Of a stretch of DNA of 64,000 nucleotides, positions 51,004-63,305 are shown piece after piece. The number at the start of each line of letters is the position of its first letter. Positions within the stretch are counted from its first letter, which is position 1. A program made the position numbers and the translations under genes. Origin of the DNA: Oculina patagonica. Its lineage: Eukaryota. The notes below the pieces were generated by a model. That model searched no databases. It was not told where the DNA came from and saw only the letters and a list, made by a program, of their open reading frames with translations. The stretch is taken from positions 11,842,001 through 11,906,000 of the forward strand of contig NC_135767.1 of NCBI RefSeq assembly GCF_052425735.1, given 5' to 3'.

Positions 51004-54000
51004 AAAAATTATTTCGCTGTGTTCGGCTTTAATTTGTGCTTCGGCTTTTAAAATTTGTGTTTCGGTGAACTTTACCTTGTTGCTCGATTACTGAAAAGTA
51101 CTCAAAATCGGAAGACAATTTTCATTAATAGGAAACACAAACTATACAAATTTGGTTAAACATGTCTGTCAAAATGTAGTTGCCATGGTAACGTAAGTTC
51201 CCGATATTTGTTTTCAAGTTTCCTAATAAAATAATTAATTTCCGCAGTAAACTTCATCCGGCGACTCAAGCTACACAGATTTGAATATTTTATAAGCAAG
51301 AGACCGTTAAAAAAAAATGGGTTCATCGAAAAGAGAAAATACAACTTGGATGAAACATGGTCACCGGGCCGAGAAAAAGAAGGAACTGAAAGAGGAAGAT
51401 AACCGTTTATTTCTATTGTGCAAAACAAATTTATAAATTTAGACCATGAAGTAATAATGCAATCTTGACAACATTCTAGATATTATGTTGTGCTTACTAA
51501 TACAGTTCATGCAAGCCGTGTGACTTACGCAAACTTCGGACTGAGTGTTACTAAACTGACTGCTTTTAAAGTGGTATTTGCTGTTCTGCACCCTGCCTTT
51601 CAAGCCAAAGCGGGTAGATAATTATTAACCACCTGATTGTGAGCTTCTCAAGCTTCTTGTTTAAAGTATAAGTTCTTAAGGCAAAGAAATTTATTTGAAA
51701 TGACTTGCAAAACTCTGAGGCAGTTTGTATCCAGAGCTCCCGCTTGAGCACGATGGGGCAAACATGACGTTTTGAAAACGTTTGGTAAAAATAAATCAAT
51801 TTGGTCGAGCTTTGTTCTTTGTCTTCGTTCAGCACTTCAAAGAGCTTAAAGTAAATATACTGTATGTGCTTCTGTAGCGAGAAAATTTACAGCTTAAAGT
51901 CTAGATAGACTCGCAGTAATAAGAAAAAGACTCACGTCTCACAGGACATCACGGCATGGGATCAGAAAATCAACTTACGGTCAAGGAAAATCAAATCATT
52001 TTCGTTATAAAAGCAGGCTTAGCAATTCAGTAGAGTTTACTACCTTACATCTGAGATAAGCTTCCTTTCACCACAATCATTTTAGCCTAATTGTACCTTT
52101 AATGATGACAGCCGCAGATTCAAATGCAACCAAACAAACTCGAATTGCACAAGGAGTCCGAAGTTATCTATCTATATCTGTTCAGCTGTCGAACGTAAAT
52201 ACCAAATTAACGCACTGAGGTTCCGTTAAACTCACATATTAAAAAGGCAAATAGAAAAGAGCAGTTGGGTAATAACTTGCAGATGTTTTGCCGTGTAGCC
52301 GTTGACGCTGAGTAATGTCAACCGTTGTCTGTATTTTGTCTTGCCCTGCGAGCTCTATTTGCAGTCTACAATTTTTTTAATTTCCATTACACACGGAAAC
52401 CTCGTACCCAGACCTAATGCGTGCAAACGTGCAGACATACGCGACCCCCAATATTTTGTAGATTCGATGGATGTACCAATTTTGCTTAGTTATGGATGCT
52501 CCGCTAAAAAAAAAAAAATATTGCCACGAGAGGAAACAGTATCCAATGCATTGACTATCAGATTTCTCTGAAAACCAGTTGAACATTTTCGTGATGCTGA
52601 ATTCTTCAACTCTTCATTAGTTAAACAGTAACTCTTTTTGACTGTCATGTGTCGCTTTATTCAGTTACCATCTTGTTGCCATGTTCACTGATGACTATTT
52701 TCGTTTCATAACACGAAATTAACTCCAAAAAGCGCTTTCCGCTATAAAGTGCCAGTTAGGAGAAAAATACAATGACAATATGCTTTGTGTCGTTTGCAAA
52801 TGCCACGATGAAAATATATGATGCATTAATAATGCGATTTACTGCTTCAAATGAAGACTGAAAGGAGGTTCAAGTATAAATTACTAAGGAAGTCTTTAAC
52901 AGAAACAAAGGAAGTTTAAGCATAAGTAACTAAGGAAGTCTATCTCATAATGTGTTTAACTTACTTCCTTAATAGGCCTCTTTGCGTAATGTGGTACATT
53001 AAGCCCAGAATGTGTAAATAGGCTTCAGCAAAACTCTACATAGCGGTCAAACATGGCAAACAGCTTGTCAATATTGTATTTAAGTACTTTAATTTTCTTA
53101 TTTTAGTTTCCGCTCTAATAAACAGAACTTTTAAAAGTGTCTCCAATATCACGGATTTTAAAAGATTTTTGAACAGCTAGAATGATATATTTGCGTCGTA
53201 GGAAACTTTATAATGATGGTCCATTTTTATTGCAAATTGCTATTTTAGAGCACTCAAACTGTTTAAAAGCGAGTTTGGCTGCGAATGGCTCTAATGGAAA
53301 TGGATTGCAATTTTAAAACGTTAACCAACGTTTTCAATTTGTTTCCGCGCGCCTTCAAAATGATCGATAATCATAGCCAAAGTTTGATTTCTATCCCCAA
53401 ATAAAGGTTATATCTTCAGTTAAATATTCAAAGATAGTGTTTTCATGAATAAAGTTGCCTACCACTTATATCAAAGCAGTTTAGACCAAAAATCTGCGAA
53501 ATCCTTGTGACATGGTCCCTTTAACGCAGTTTCATCGTTACGAACTTTAGTCGTTTACTTCATTTGGCCGCTTGCTTTACTTGGCTAGCTTGTTTGAAGA
53601 AATAGAGGCAGTCATTTTTAAGCGGGGATGATAAACCTACCTAGGTTTATATCTTTAACGGAGAATGATTTTTTTTTTGTTTCGTTTAACGAGTTATCAA
53701 AAGCTCGGTGTGCCTCACCTCCCGAACCAAGAGACAAAAAATTATATATTAATACATAGGTCATTAGACTTTTCATTATTTAAATGTATATTATTCGTTA
53801 TGACGAACGAAAAGCTCGGACACTCACTCCGCTTTTGGATGAACTATTCAATATCCTTCACGCATCGTTATCCTTTGAATAATCTTTCAAAGGATGGCCT
53901 ACGAAACTTCTCAATAGCAGGGAAAAAACCTTAACAATGATTAAACATACTGAGCACAAGAAAGTTAATTATGATAAAGATGCCAACTGGATGTGTACCA

Positions 54001-54652
54001 CAAATAGAACTGTTTTAAGTGGTTCTCACTACGTACTAAAAAAAAGAACAATATCAGCATGGAAAAATGGATTTTTGCTTTTTCTTTACTTTAATTATTA
54101 AAAAATGATTTCAGTTGTAGGCACGGGGGTAGAAGATTGAGGAAGGGGGTCAAAAGTTATGGAAGAGCGGAAGACTAGTCTTATTTTAAAGGTAAAACGT
54201 CTATACCTAAATAGTATAATAAATGCCGTGTATTCACCAAGTAGGTCTGGAAAAAGCACTTTCGTAGGATGCGTCAAATGTTTCAAGTCCTTCTTAATAG
54301 TAAATTGAAAAAGGCTAAATTGTAATTTGTGGCTTTTAAGAAATGTCGATCATTTTCAAATGGATAATAATGCGACGGAAATAAAACGACTTTCTCATTC
54401 ATGCAGGTTAAAAAAAGTCTTAGATCGGCAGCTGTTCTGCTTAATTACGTGCAGTTTTACTCGTCTGTTTCCATTTTGCTGTTACGGATGGACAGCTCTT
54501 CGAGCTTGTTTCGAACAATTGTAGAAGTGAACCATGGACGAGTGACAAAGACAAAGCCCACCCGACTCACTACTAACAATGTAATTTGACGAGTTGAATA
54601 AAAAACGTCTCAGATACTTTTATCTGTCGAAACACGCGGACCTCAAGTGGTA

Positions 54653-55582
54653 ATGGAAAACTCTACGGCATATACAGAAAACAACAAGAATCTTCAAGTT
54701 CTTCTTTGCACAGCCCATTCATCAGGAAAACACTGGTTTTTCTTTTCTTCTTTGGACATTCTCTTCTCCATTACTGCAATCACAGGGAATACCCTTATTC
54801 TAATTGCGTTGCACAAGGAGTCTTCTCTTCATCCGCCATCAAAACTTCTGTATCGCTGCCTCGCAATCAGTGATCTTTTAGTTGGCCTCATTTCAGAACC
54901 AAGCGCTGCTTTATATCATGCATTCTTGGTAAAAGGAAACCTCTCGACTGATCTTTGTTTTTATTCGGCAATGTTTACTGCAGTCAGTTTTACAGTATTG
55001 TCTGCAGTGTCTTTGCTAACAATGACCGCAATAAGTGTGGACAGACTTCTCGCTCTATTGTTGGGGTTGAGATACAGACACTTTGTAACTCTAATGCGAG
55101 TTCGAGCGTTAGCTATCTTATTTTGGATTTCCAGCCTTGCTATTTCTTCAACGATAATTTGGAAATTCACTTTTGCGAAAAGTTATAACTATGCATTAAT
55201 ATTACTTTGCATTATTGTGTCAGCCTTTTGCTACTCGAAAATCTTCATCATACTCCGCCATCAACAAAATGCCCTTCAGCAACATCGAAAACAGTCAAAC
55301 GGTAAAAGAAGTTACTTTAATGTAGAAAGATACAAAAAGACAGTGGCTACCGCAATGTGGGTAGAAGTTACATTACTGGCTTGTTACCTGCCATATAGTA
55401 TAGTTATAGCTATAGTTACTTTTTGCGGATCATCTCCATTTGTTGATATCGTTTGGGAATTAACCGCAACTCTTGTTTATTTAAACTCTTCTTTAAACCC
55501 ATTTCTTTATTGTTGGAAAATAAGGGAAGTTAAACAAGAAGTGAAGAACTTGATAAGACGGTTCTTGTGTAAGTCGAATTAG
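54653..55582 (+). CDS. Class A GPCR, cluster member 6
   Basis: 309 aa from ATG 54653, 7TM, SVDRL, CYLPY and NPFLY. Closest to member 3. Confidence 0.93.
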   Translation: MENSTAYTENNKNLQVLLCTAHSSGKHWFFFSSLDILFSITAITGNTLILIALHKESSLHPPSKLLYRCLAISDLLVGLISEPSAALYHAFLVKGNLSTDLCFYSAMFTAVSFTVLSAVSLLTMTAISVDRLLALLLGLRYRHFVTLMRVRALAILFWISSLAISSTIIWKFTFAKSYNYALILLCIIVSAFCYSKIFIILRHQQNALQQHRKQSNGKRSYFNVERYKKTVATAMWVEVTLLACYLPYSIVIAIVTFCGSSPFVDIVWELTATLVYLNSSLNPFLYCWKIREVKQEVKNLIRRFLCKSN

Positions 55583-56695
55583 GTCAGCTTTTTTAACTAT
55601 AAAGAAAAAAATCCCCATAGTTTGGCTTCCTTGTTTCGAACTACTCTCGGGTACCTGAAACTTAACGTGTACCGTATGCGAGCCAATCCACAGTAATGAT
55701 GTAAAAAGAATGTGTGTTTTTGTTGATACCTTAGTTGTTGTTATAAGGGAAGTATTTTATGTTATATTGCCTTCTGAAATGAGTTAATCTAGAGAATTTA
55801 TCAGATCAGTTTGGTACAACTTTCTCCAAAACAAGCCGCTATTGCTCATTTCTTTTGAGGCTTCGTTTCTTAACTGTAAAATGAAGACGCTTCACTTCAA
55901 CAGTTTATCGAGGCTTACTTAAGTGGAAAGCAGATTCTTTGAAGTCGAGAACGGCGCATTTTTTTTATTTATCTTTTCTAAAGAGGAATCACCAGTTTCC
56001 ATGTTCGATAATAGATCAGTAATATTTACTGCTAAACTTCACAAACAATAGATAAACAACAACAACAACAACAACAAATTAAAATAATGTATCTAACATA
56101 TAGTTATTAAGGTGGCTCGACCCAGTATTTTTCTAGCGATACCTACCAGCCATGTCACTTTATATTCAACGACACGCAAGGCGATACTCTTGCTACATAA
56201 TACACATTTTTTTTTATTCATTTCTAAGTACAAGTTTATCAACTGCACGATAACCTGCAACTCCTAGACAAGAATAATTTTGCAAAAAGTTGCTTCTTTC
56301 TTTGTTTTCTTTTACTTCCGTCTGCGTGAAAATATATTGCTTGTATATTAATAGTTAATTAAATAAAGTTAGTGAGCATGGATTCCTGTGTGTCCAAAAC
56401 AAACAGTGAAGTAAATAGGTGGTTTGGTGGCTACGGGTATAAGGCATGGATCGTTTTTTTTTATTATTTTTTGAGGGGGGCTGGGCAAATCTTTTAGCTC
56501 CATTTTTTTCCCTTCTCTTTTGTCGACGAATTTTTTTTACCTTCAGCTAATACAGCTTCTCATTTGGCGTGCTGATCAGACCTTATGCTTTTGGCAAAGC
56601 GTTTTAAGTTTTCAATTTGCTTTCGATATGAAAGAAACGAGAGGAAAATCTCACGAATTTCCCCAAATTATAAAAGTGAGAATTTTTTTATACGT

Positions 56696-57122
56696 TTAAT
56701 CGTATTTATAACAAAATTCTCCATTTTGATTGGTTCTGCATGCACCTATTTGTCGCGTAATCGACGCGAGATCACGTGGGTGTCCAATTACAGGTATCCA
56801 ATTTGAGAACACGTGCGCCATTCACGCGTCAATCACGCGCATATAAATGGGTTCTTTCTTGCTGTTTTCCCACTGTTTGCACAACCAGTTGAATTTACCG
56901 TTGACTTTTTCACACTAAAAAAGATTCTCAAAGACTTCCTAACCTCGAATTTTGTTATTGATACGATTAATAAGTAATTGGACCTCGTGTCGTACAATTC
57001 AGAGAGTAATCGTGCTCGTAATTCAAATCGTCCTCGCGCTGCGCACTCGGCCGATTTTGAAATTACTCGCCCGACTACTCCCTTGAATTGTACTCCACTC
57101 AATCCAGTTACAATTACTAATT
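56696..57122. mobile_element. Second hairpin-terminated element with asymmetric inverted repeat
   Basis: TTAATCGTATTTATAACAAAATTC (56696) is inverted at GAATTTTGTTATTGATACGATTAA (56947-56970), followed directly by an imperfect hairpin of about 150 nt. Confidence 0.7.
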
Positions 57123-58790
57123 AGTTGTGGCTGCATTCTAGCTTCTAAAATGAAACCTTTTGCCGCTTCAAGTGCCAAACGTAAGCCAACAATAAGACTC
57201 GAAGATTTAAAGAATGAGTAAGTTTTCTCACATTGATGCCGATACTTAATTGACCTGGTTGTAATTGTAAGAAATGCTTAAAGCAGGGGTATACCCGAAT
57301 TTGAATGGAATTTTAGGAGGTTTAGAGAAGGGGTTGAAGAAAGAAAAAATTTGAAACACCACCAGACAGTTGACCCTCATTCAAGAGCACTCCAGGTTGT
57401 CAGGGGGACTAGCTTTTGTCCGTCTACCAATTTTTAACTTCAAATTCTGATTTTTTAATCACATTAAGTCTCCAATTTTTCTTGTTTCTCTAAATTTTAC
57501 TAATCCAATGAAAGAAACTATCTCCTCCCAAACATCCCCCCAAAACACCCAAACATGTACAAAACACCACAATACATAGATCTGTGTTTTGAGCATAGAA
57601 TTTTGGATTGCTTGAACCGCGAACATAATATTCGCATAAAACCCAAGTTAAGCGGTGGATAAACGGCTTTCAGGTGTACCCTCATCTTAATCGGATTCTA
57701 TACGTGCAAGAGTCTTTGTCTAATTGGTTTCATATGATCATAATTTCAAGCTCAGTACGAACATCCTTGGTAATTTCTAGAAGGTTAATTTCATTCAAGA
57801 CGTAACAATGACTACGACAAAACGTCGGATGATTTTACCATCATTCCATTTTTTGCTTGTCTGTATAGCGAAATAGGAAATAAGTATGGAATATACTTTC
57901 CACAGAAGGTAATGCACTGCGCGCGTTAAAAATTTCCTCTGTTATCGTGCAACCAATTATCTCAGGTGTCAACAATTCGAAAAATTTTCCTCAATGATTC
58001 TAAAGGGAAAATAATTACCATTTTTTTTTTACATTACTTCTACTTACTCGAATATTGCATTTTAAAAAAGAGTACTTTGTCTTTAAAGAAATGTTTTATT
58101 ACGTTTTGATTTCGTTTTATTCACGTGTTTCTTGTCACTCTTGACTTAATTTGCTTTCTCCGTACCATTGAACCACACAATACTGAAAAAAAAATGTAGT
58201 GGAGCCGCCCTGATTTCGTAAATTTTGTTCTTTACATCCAGTGGTATTATGAATCACCACTTTGGACAAAAAAAGGAAATTTTTTAATACATTTTCAATA
58301 AAAAATGGTAATCCTTTTAACGAAACTAAAGTAGAAACACTGCATATTCTGTCTTCACCTTAGCTGTGGGAAGACAACTACAAGAATAATTTTCTAAACT
58401 ACTCCCATATGTATACATTATAACCATGTATGCAGTACTAATAAATCAGTTGTCTATTTGTTAAATGGTAAGGAGAGGCATAAACAACCTATCAATTTTT
58501 TCTCCTTAGAGTACAAAAGCGCATATGCATTTTTTAACCAAATTCGTGGTATAACACAGGCACACGGATTTTTACCCTGAGAAACATTATTTTCCAGACA
58601 TGTTTTCCCATATCGTTTTTATGTCTGCATCGTTTTACAAACAAGAGACATATCGGACATCAGAATAAACAAAGTCACGTATCTAGTGATGTGAGTGCTA
58701 GACAATTATTGCGAATTTTAAATTGTTTGAATCTGTAAAGCACCCGATAGTGCCATTTGCCAATCTGAAAAAGAAAGTGAATTGCGCGAA

Positions 58791-60092
58791 CGGTCTAATG
58801 TCTGGCTGGTGGTGTATAAAAAAATTAAAATTTCGTGCAATAATCCTTATTTGAATAGCCTGTTTGACAGTTTAAACTGCTGTGGCTACAAATGAAATAT
58901 GTATTTTATGAGAGACTCGCGATATCAGCACACCAGATCAGGTGTGTTAGAACAAAAACTTCAACATTCAAACCCTTCACGCTTTCCACGTTCATTCAGT
59001 GTTTGAACTTCCCAAGATGGTTGACGGTATTTTCGATACCGTCTGATGCTCGTCTGGCGGTGGTGTATAAAAAACTAATTTCTAGCCGTGATCTCAATTT
59101 GAACCGCCTGTTTGAGGGTGTAATCTGCTGTCGCTTCATATCAAAGATATTTTATAAGAAACTCGCCGTATTAGCATACCTGTACAGGTGTATTAAAAGA
59201 ACAATTCGAACATTTAACATATAAATTCTCCCCATTTTCAACGTCCATTCAGTGTTTCAACTTTCTCAGACAACTGTCACAGTTAACTCCGAGACCCCAT
59301 CTGATGTCATCTCTTGTCCTGATTGTCTCCAGTGGTGTTAAAAATATCATCTCTTGTCCTGATTCTAGGGTGTATTGTGCTGTAGTTACAAATCAAATAT
59401 ATTTTAAAAGAAACGCGCGGTCTTTATACAGCAGAACAGGTGTATTATTAGGTTAACAACATCTAATATTTAATATATAAAACCTTCACATCACCAACGT
59501 CCATATTCAGTGTTGAAACTTTCCCAGACAGTTGACGGTTAACTCCAAGACCGTCTGTTGTCTGTCTGGTGGTGTATATAAATTTCATCTCGTATCCTGA
59601 TCCTTATTTGAACAGAATATTAGAGGGGGTAACCTATATCAAAGACATGTTATGAAAAACTCGAGGTATTTGTACTTCAGAATTCATCTCGTGTCCGGAC
59701 CCTGATTTGAACAGCATGTTTGTAGGTGTTATCTGCTGTGGCTACATATCAAAGATATTCTATGAGAAACTCGCGATATAAGCACACCCGCGCAGGTGTA
59801 TTAAAACAACAACCCCAACATTTAACATATAAATTATTCGATTCTTCAATGTCCATTCAGTGTTTCGGACAGTTTTCAGTCAACTACGAGACCGTCTGAT
59901 GCCTGTCTAGTGGTGTATAATTCCGTGTCCTCATTCTTGTTTGAACAGCCTGTTTTAGGGTGTATTCTGCCGTTGTAACATAACAAACATATTTTATGAG
60001 AATTTTGCAGTATTAGCACATCAGATCAGGTGTATTATGAAAATCATCTAACATTTAACATATATAATCTTCCCATCTCCAACGTCCATTTA
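58791..60092 (+). repeat. Diverged tandem array, about 5 units of about 250 bp, immediately upstream of the protease ATG
   Basis: Recurring GTCTGATG...TGGTGTATAA...TTTGAA.AGC.TGTT...CAGGTGT...GTCCATTCAGTGTT, with units starting near 58791, 59040, 59296, 59551 and 59892. Confidence 0.85.
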
Positions 60093-60919
60093 GTTTGCCG
60101 TCTTATTTTGGACCGTCAAGATGGTATCCATAAAGATATACGCCATTATCGCCGTAATTGCAGTGTTCCTCAGGCCCTCCGAAAGTAAGAGACCACGACT
60201 TTCTATTGCATTCAATTTTAAGTTTTTCACATAGCTAGATATCATACCCAGTTTTTTTTTTTAGATTTAAAACTAGCTCGTCGCCAAATAAAGCTGAATC
60301 TTCATTTATCCCTCTAAAACGCACATTTCTTTACAACAGCAAAGAAGACTTGTTCTGACTGCCTCGCACCGGTCATTACACTTAAATGTTATAAAAGACA
60401 ACACCATACAACGGCCACCTCCTAATTCCTTCTCAGGGTTACATTGCTGTATGCAATCTTTACGGCAAGGTGTAAGAAGTACCAGCCACAAGAAGAAAAA
60501 GAAAAAATGCTATATACATCGTTAGTTACAATACAATTTCTTGGCTTTAGAGGTATAATATAATGCATAACCTTTCAGGAAACCTTCTGGAAAGGGTTAA
60601 GTTACAATTATTGCACTTTTTCTACTGCAAAGCTTACTCAGTTTATACTATAAAAGTTTTTTTTAGCACGGGGTGATCGCTCTAATACACATTTTATTGT
60701 TCTTAGCAACATGATATGACCTTCACTTTCTTCTGTTGGGCCAGAGAAAAGCTGAAAATGTAATTAACAGAGAGATGATAAATTAAATAAATGTCATAGG
60801 AAAAAGGACGGAGAAAGACACCTCGTTGTACAAACCACAGAAAGGTTGAAACACGCTGGCCTGATGACTGTCTTACATTGACTTGACTTGTTTACTTTGC
60901 TTGTTTACTTTGCTTTTAA

Positions 60920-61117
<198 letters not shown>

Positions 61118-61315
61118 TAGTGACGTCCTCAGTTTCTCATTTACGATTGTTTTAATGATTCACAATGTTTCCCCTTAAATCAATTTTCTTGCCTCCTCGC
61201 CAGATATATCAAAATATCATACATCTTATTAATATTTTTCTTATATTATGTTTCTTCTTCCCAATCTTGGCAGGAAAATGTTTAAGGAGTCCTTATCTAT
61301 AGTTTGCACTATGTC

Positions 61316-61627
61316 TTGATCGCATAAACGGGCGAAGTGGGTAGTTGTTCGTCTACTTCCCAGCCTCTTACAATATTAATTTGCACAAGATTATTATGAA
61401 GTTTTTTTTTTATGATTTTTTATTGATCGCATAAACGGGCGAAGTGGGTAGTTGTTCGTCTACTTCCCAGCCTCTTACAATATTAATTTGCACAAGATTA
61501 TTATGAAGGTTTTTTTTTATGATTTTTTATTGATCGCATAAACGGGCGAAGTGGGTAGTTGTTCGTCTACTTCCCAGCCTCTTACAATATTAATTTGCAC
61601 AAGATTATTATGAAGTTTTTTATGATT
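61316..61627 (+). repeat. Intronic tandem repeat, 3 x 107 bp
   Basis: TTGATCGCATAAACGGGCGAAGTGGG... at 61316, 61423 and 61530. Bracketed by a direct repeat of about 59 bp (61155-61213 / 61622-61681). Confidence 0.92.
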
Positions 61628-63124
61628 CCCAATGTTTTCCCTTAAATCAATTTTCTTGCCTCCTCGCCAGATATATCAAAAGAAGATTACAACACAATTT
61701 GATTTTCTCTAAAATCGGCTGTATCATTTACTTCACGCTGTTTGAAACAAATCAAATACAATGAGAATTTACAGTGGCATCTTTCACATAGCGGCTCTTT
61801 TAATTCGTGTGCCTTAGTGCCAACTGATTTTCAATTGCGTAGAATGAAATTGAAATGTATTTCTCTTACAATATTAATTTGCACAAGATTAACGTTTAAG
61901 GACATATAACGCAAATGGAAGTAAAAGTTACTGCTGTCGCCTTCCTCCTTTGCCTTATACCATCTAACTTTCCATTTTTTTTAACAGGAGCACATGCTCA
62001 GAGTGAAAGACCGAGCAGAGATGATGTATTTGGCCTAAGTAGAGTGATAATGCATGAGCGATATGGTCAGTTGAATTACGACGTGGCTCTTCTCCAGTTA
62101 AACAGGCCAATCCGGATGTCTTACAAGGCAAGACCGGTGGGGGGGGGGGATCACAATGTTATATCACAGGTTAGTGACACTTTTTAAGCCGATGCGGTTA
62201 TTTATTTCTTATATCTTTTCAGTTGCATATACTATAAATATTTTCACGGACATAGTTCTTTCTTGGTGTCCATTTCGGGAAAGGATCGATCTTGATAAAC
62301 ATTTTAAAGGGGATTTAAAGGAGCTGTGTTACGGATCTTAGCCAAATTCAGGCATAGGAAATAGACACCTAATTCGATGAAATATAAAAATAACCCCTTA
62401 AAACAGTGAAGGGGCATTTCAATAACACATATAGAATTCAAACGAAGGTACGAATTATTTGACTTTTTTTATCTGCATCCAATAAATCTATTTTAAATCT
62501 CTGGCTTCCCTTAAGTTCGCCATATCTGGAAATTCCGGAAATTCTTATGTCCCATGAACTGAAAAAAGCAAATCTCGATTGAAATGGGTGAAAAGCAAAC
62601 ATATTTTTAAGCCGTCATTTTTTTTTTTTTTGATAAACCCAATAGGGTGAGGACGTACAGTTGGTGGAGGACAAGGGGCTAACGTGCTTCAACAAGCAAT
62701 TCTGCCAGTCGCGGATGATAGAAGATGCCAGTCAGTAAACGGAAGGATTGGCCCCGTCTATAGCAGCACCATGATTTGCGCTGGAGGACTAGGGCGAGGA
62801 GGATGTCAGGTTAACTTTGACTTGGAATTTAGAGAACACGTGGCTGAAGATTCGAAAAATAAAGATTTGCCACGATTGTTAGTTAATATTGTCACCGCTT
62901 AGCAAAGCCAAAAATTAAAATAGAGAACTAAATTAATATCAAAACAGAAAATGAAATCACTAGGAATAAAAATGCTTCTTTTAAAAAATAAGGCTCAGAT
63001 TTCAAAGTACCTTCTAAAAATGGATGCTATCTGGTCAATTGTTCCTAATATCGAGGGCAGAAACAGTGAAGGTTCGAGACCCATAGGACTTTAGATTAAA
63101 ATTAACAAGATTTAGGTGTAAAAT

Positions 63125-63305
63125 AAAATGTTGGTTGGGGACTTATGGTATTGAGCCTGGAATGTGAATAACAAAATGTTGAATTTGATACGTTGAGTAA
63201 CGGAAGCCAGTATAGTTCGTATAGAATTAGAGTGATGTGATCGCACGTGCGGGAACATGTAATTAGACGAGCTGCAGCATTCTGGACAGACCGAAGGTTT
63301 TTCAC
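63125..63305 (-). mobile_element. L2/CR1-type LINE 3' remnant in protease intron 4
   Basis: VQNAAARLI...R..DHIT..L..L.WLP followed, in another frame, by RIKFNILLFTF. Confidence 0.75.

Larger units (their letters stand above)
44151..54245 (+). repeat. Tandem segmental duplication (44151-49764 and 49765-54245)
   Basis: Units of about 4.5 kb, near identical. Unit 1 carries an extra 1127-bp insertion. Confidence 0.93.

Noticed and set aside
45550-53934. Repeated short ORFs in the segmental duplication
   Set aside because: No domain-like features. Their recurrence reflects DNA duplication only.
61316-61627. CRISPR-like array
   Set aside because: Whole units are identical with no unique spacers, the context is a eukaryotic intron, and there are no cas genes.
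62648-62650. TGA as selenocysteine or programmed readthrough
   Set aside because: It replaces a conserved Trp (TGG to TGA), and an independent upstream frameshift exists.
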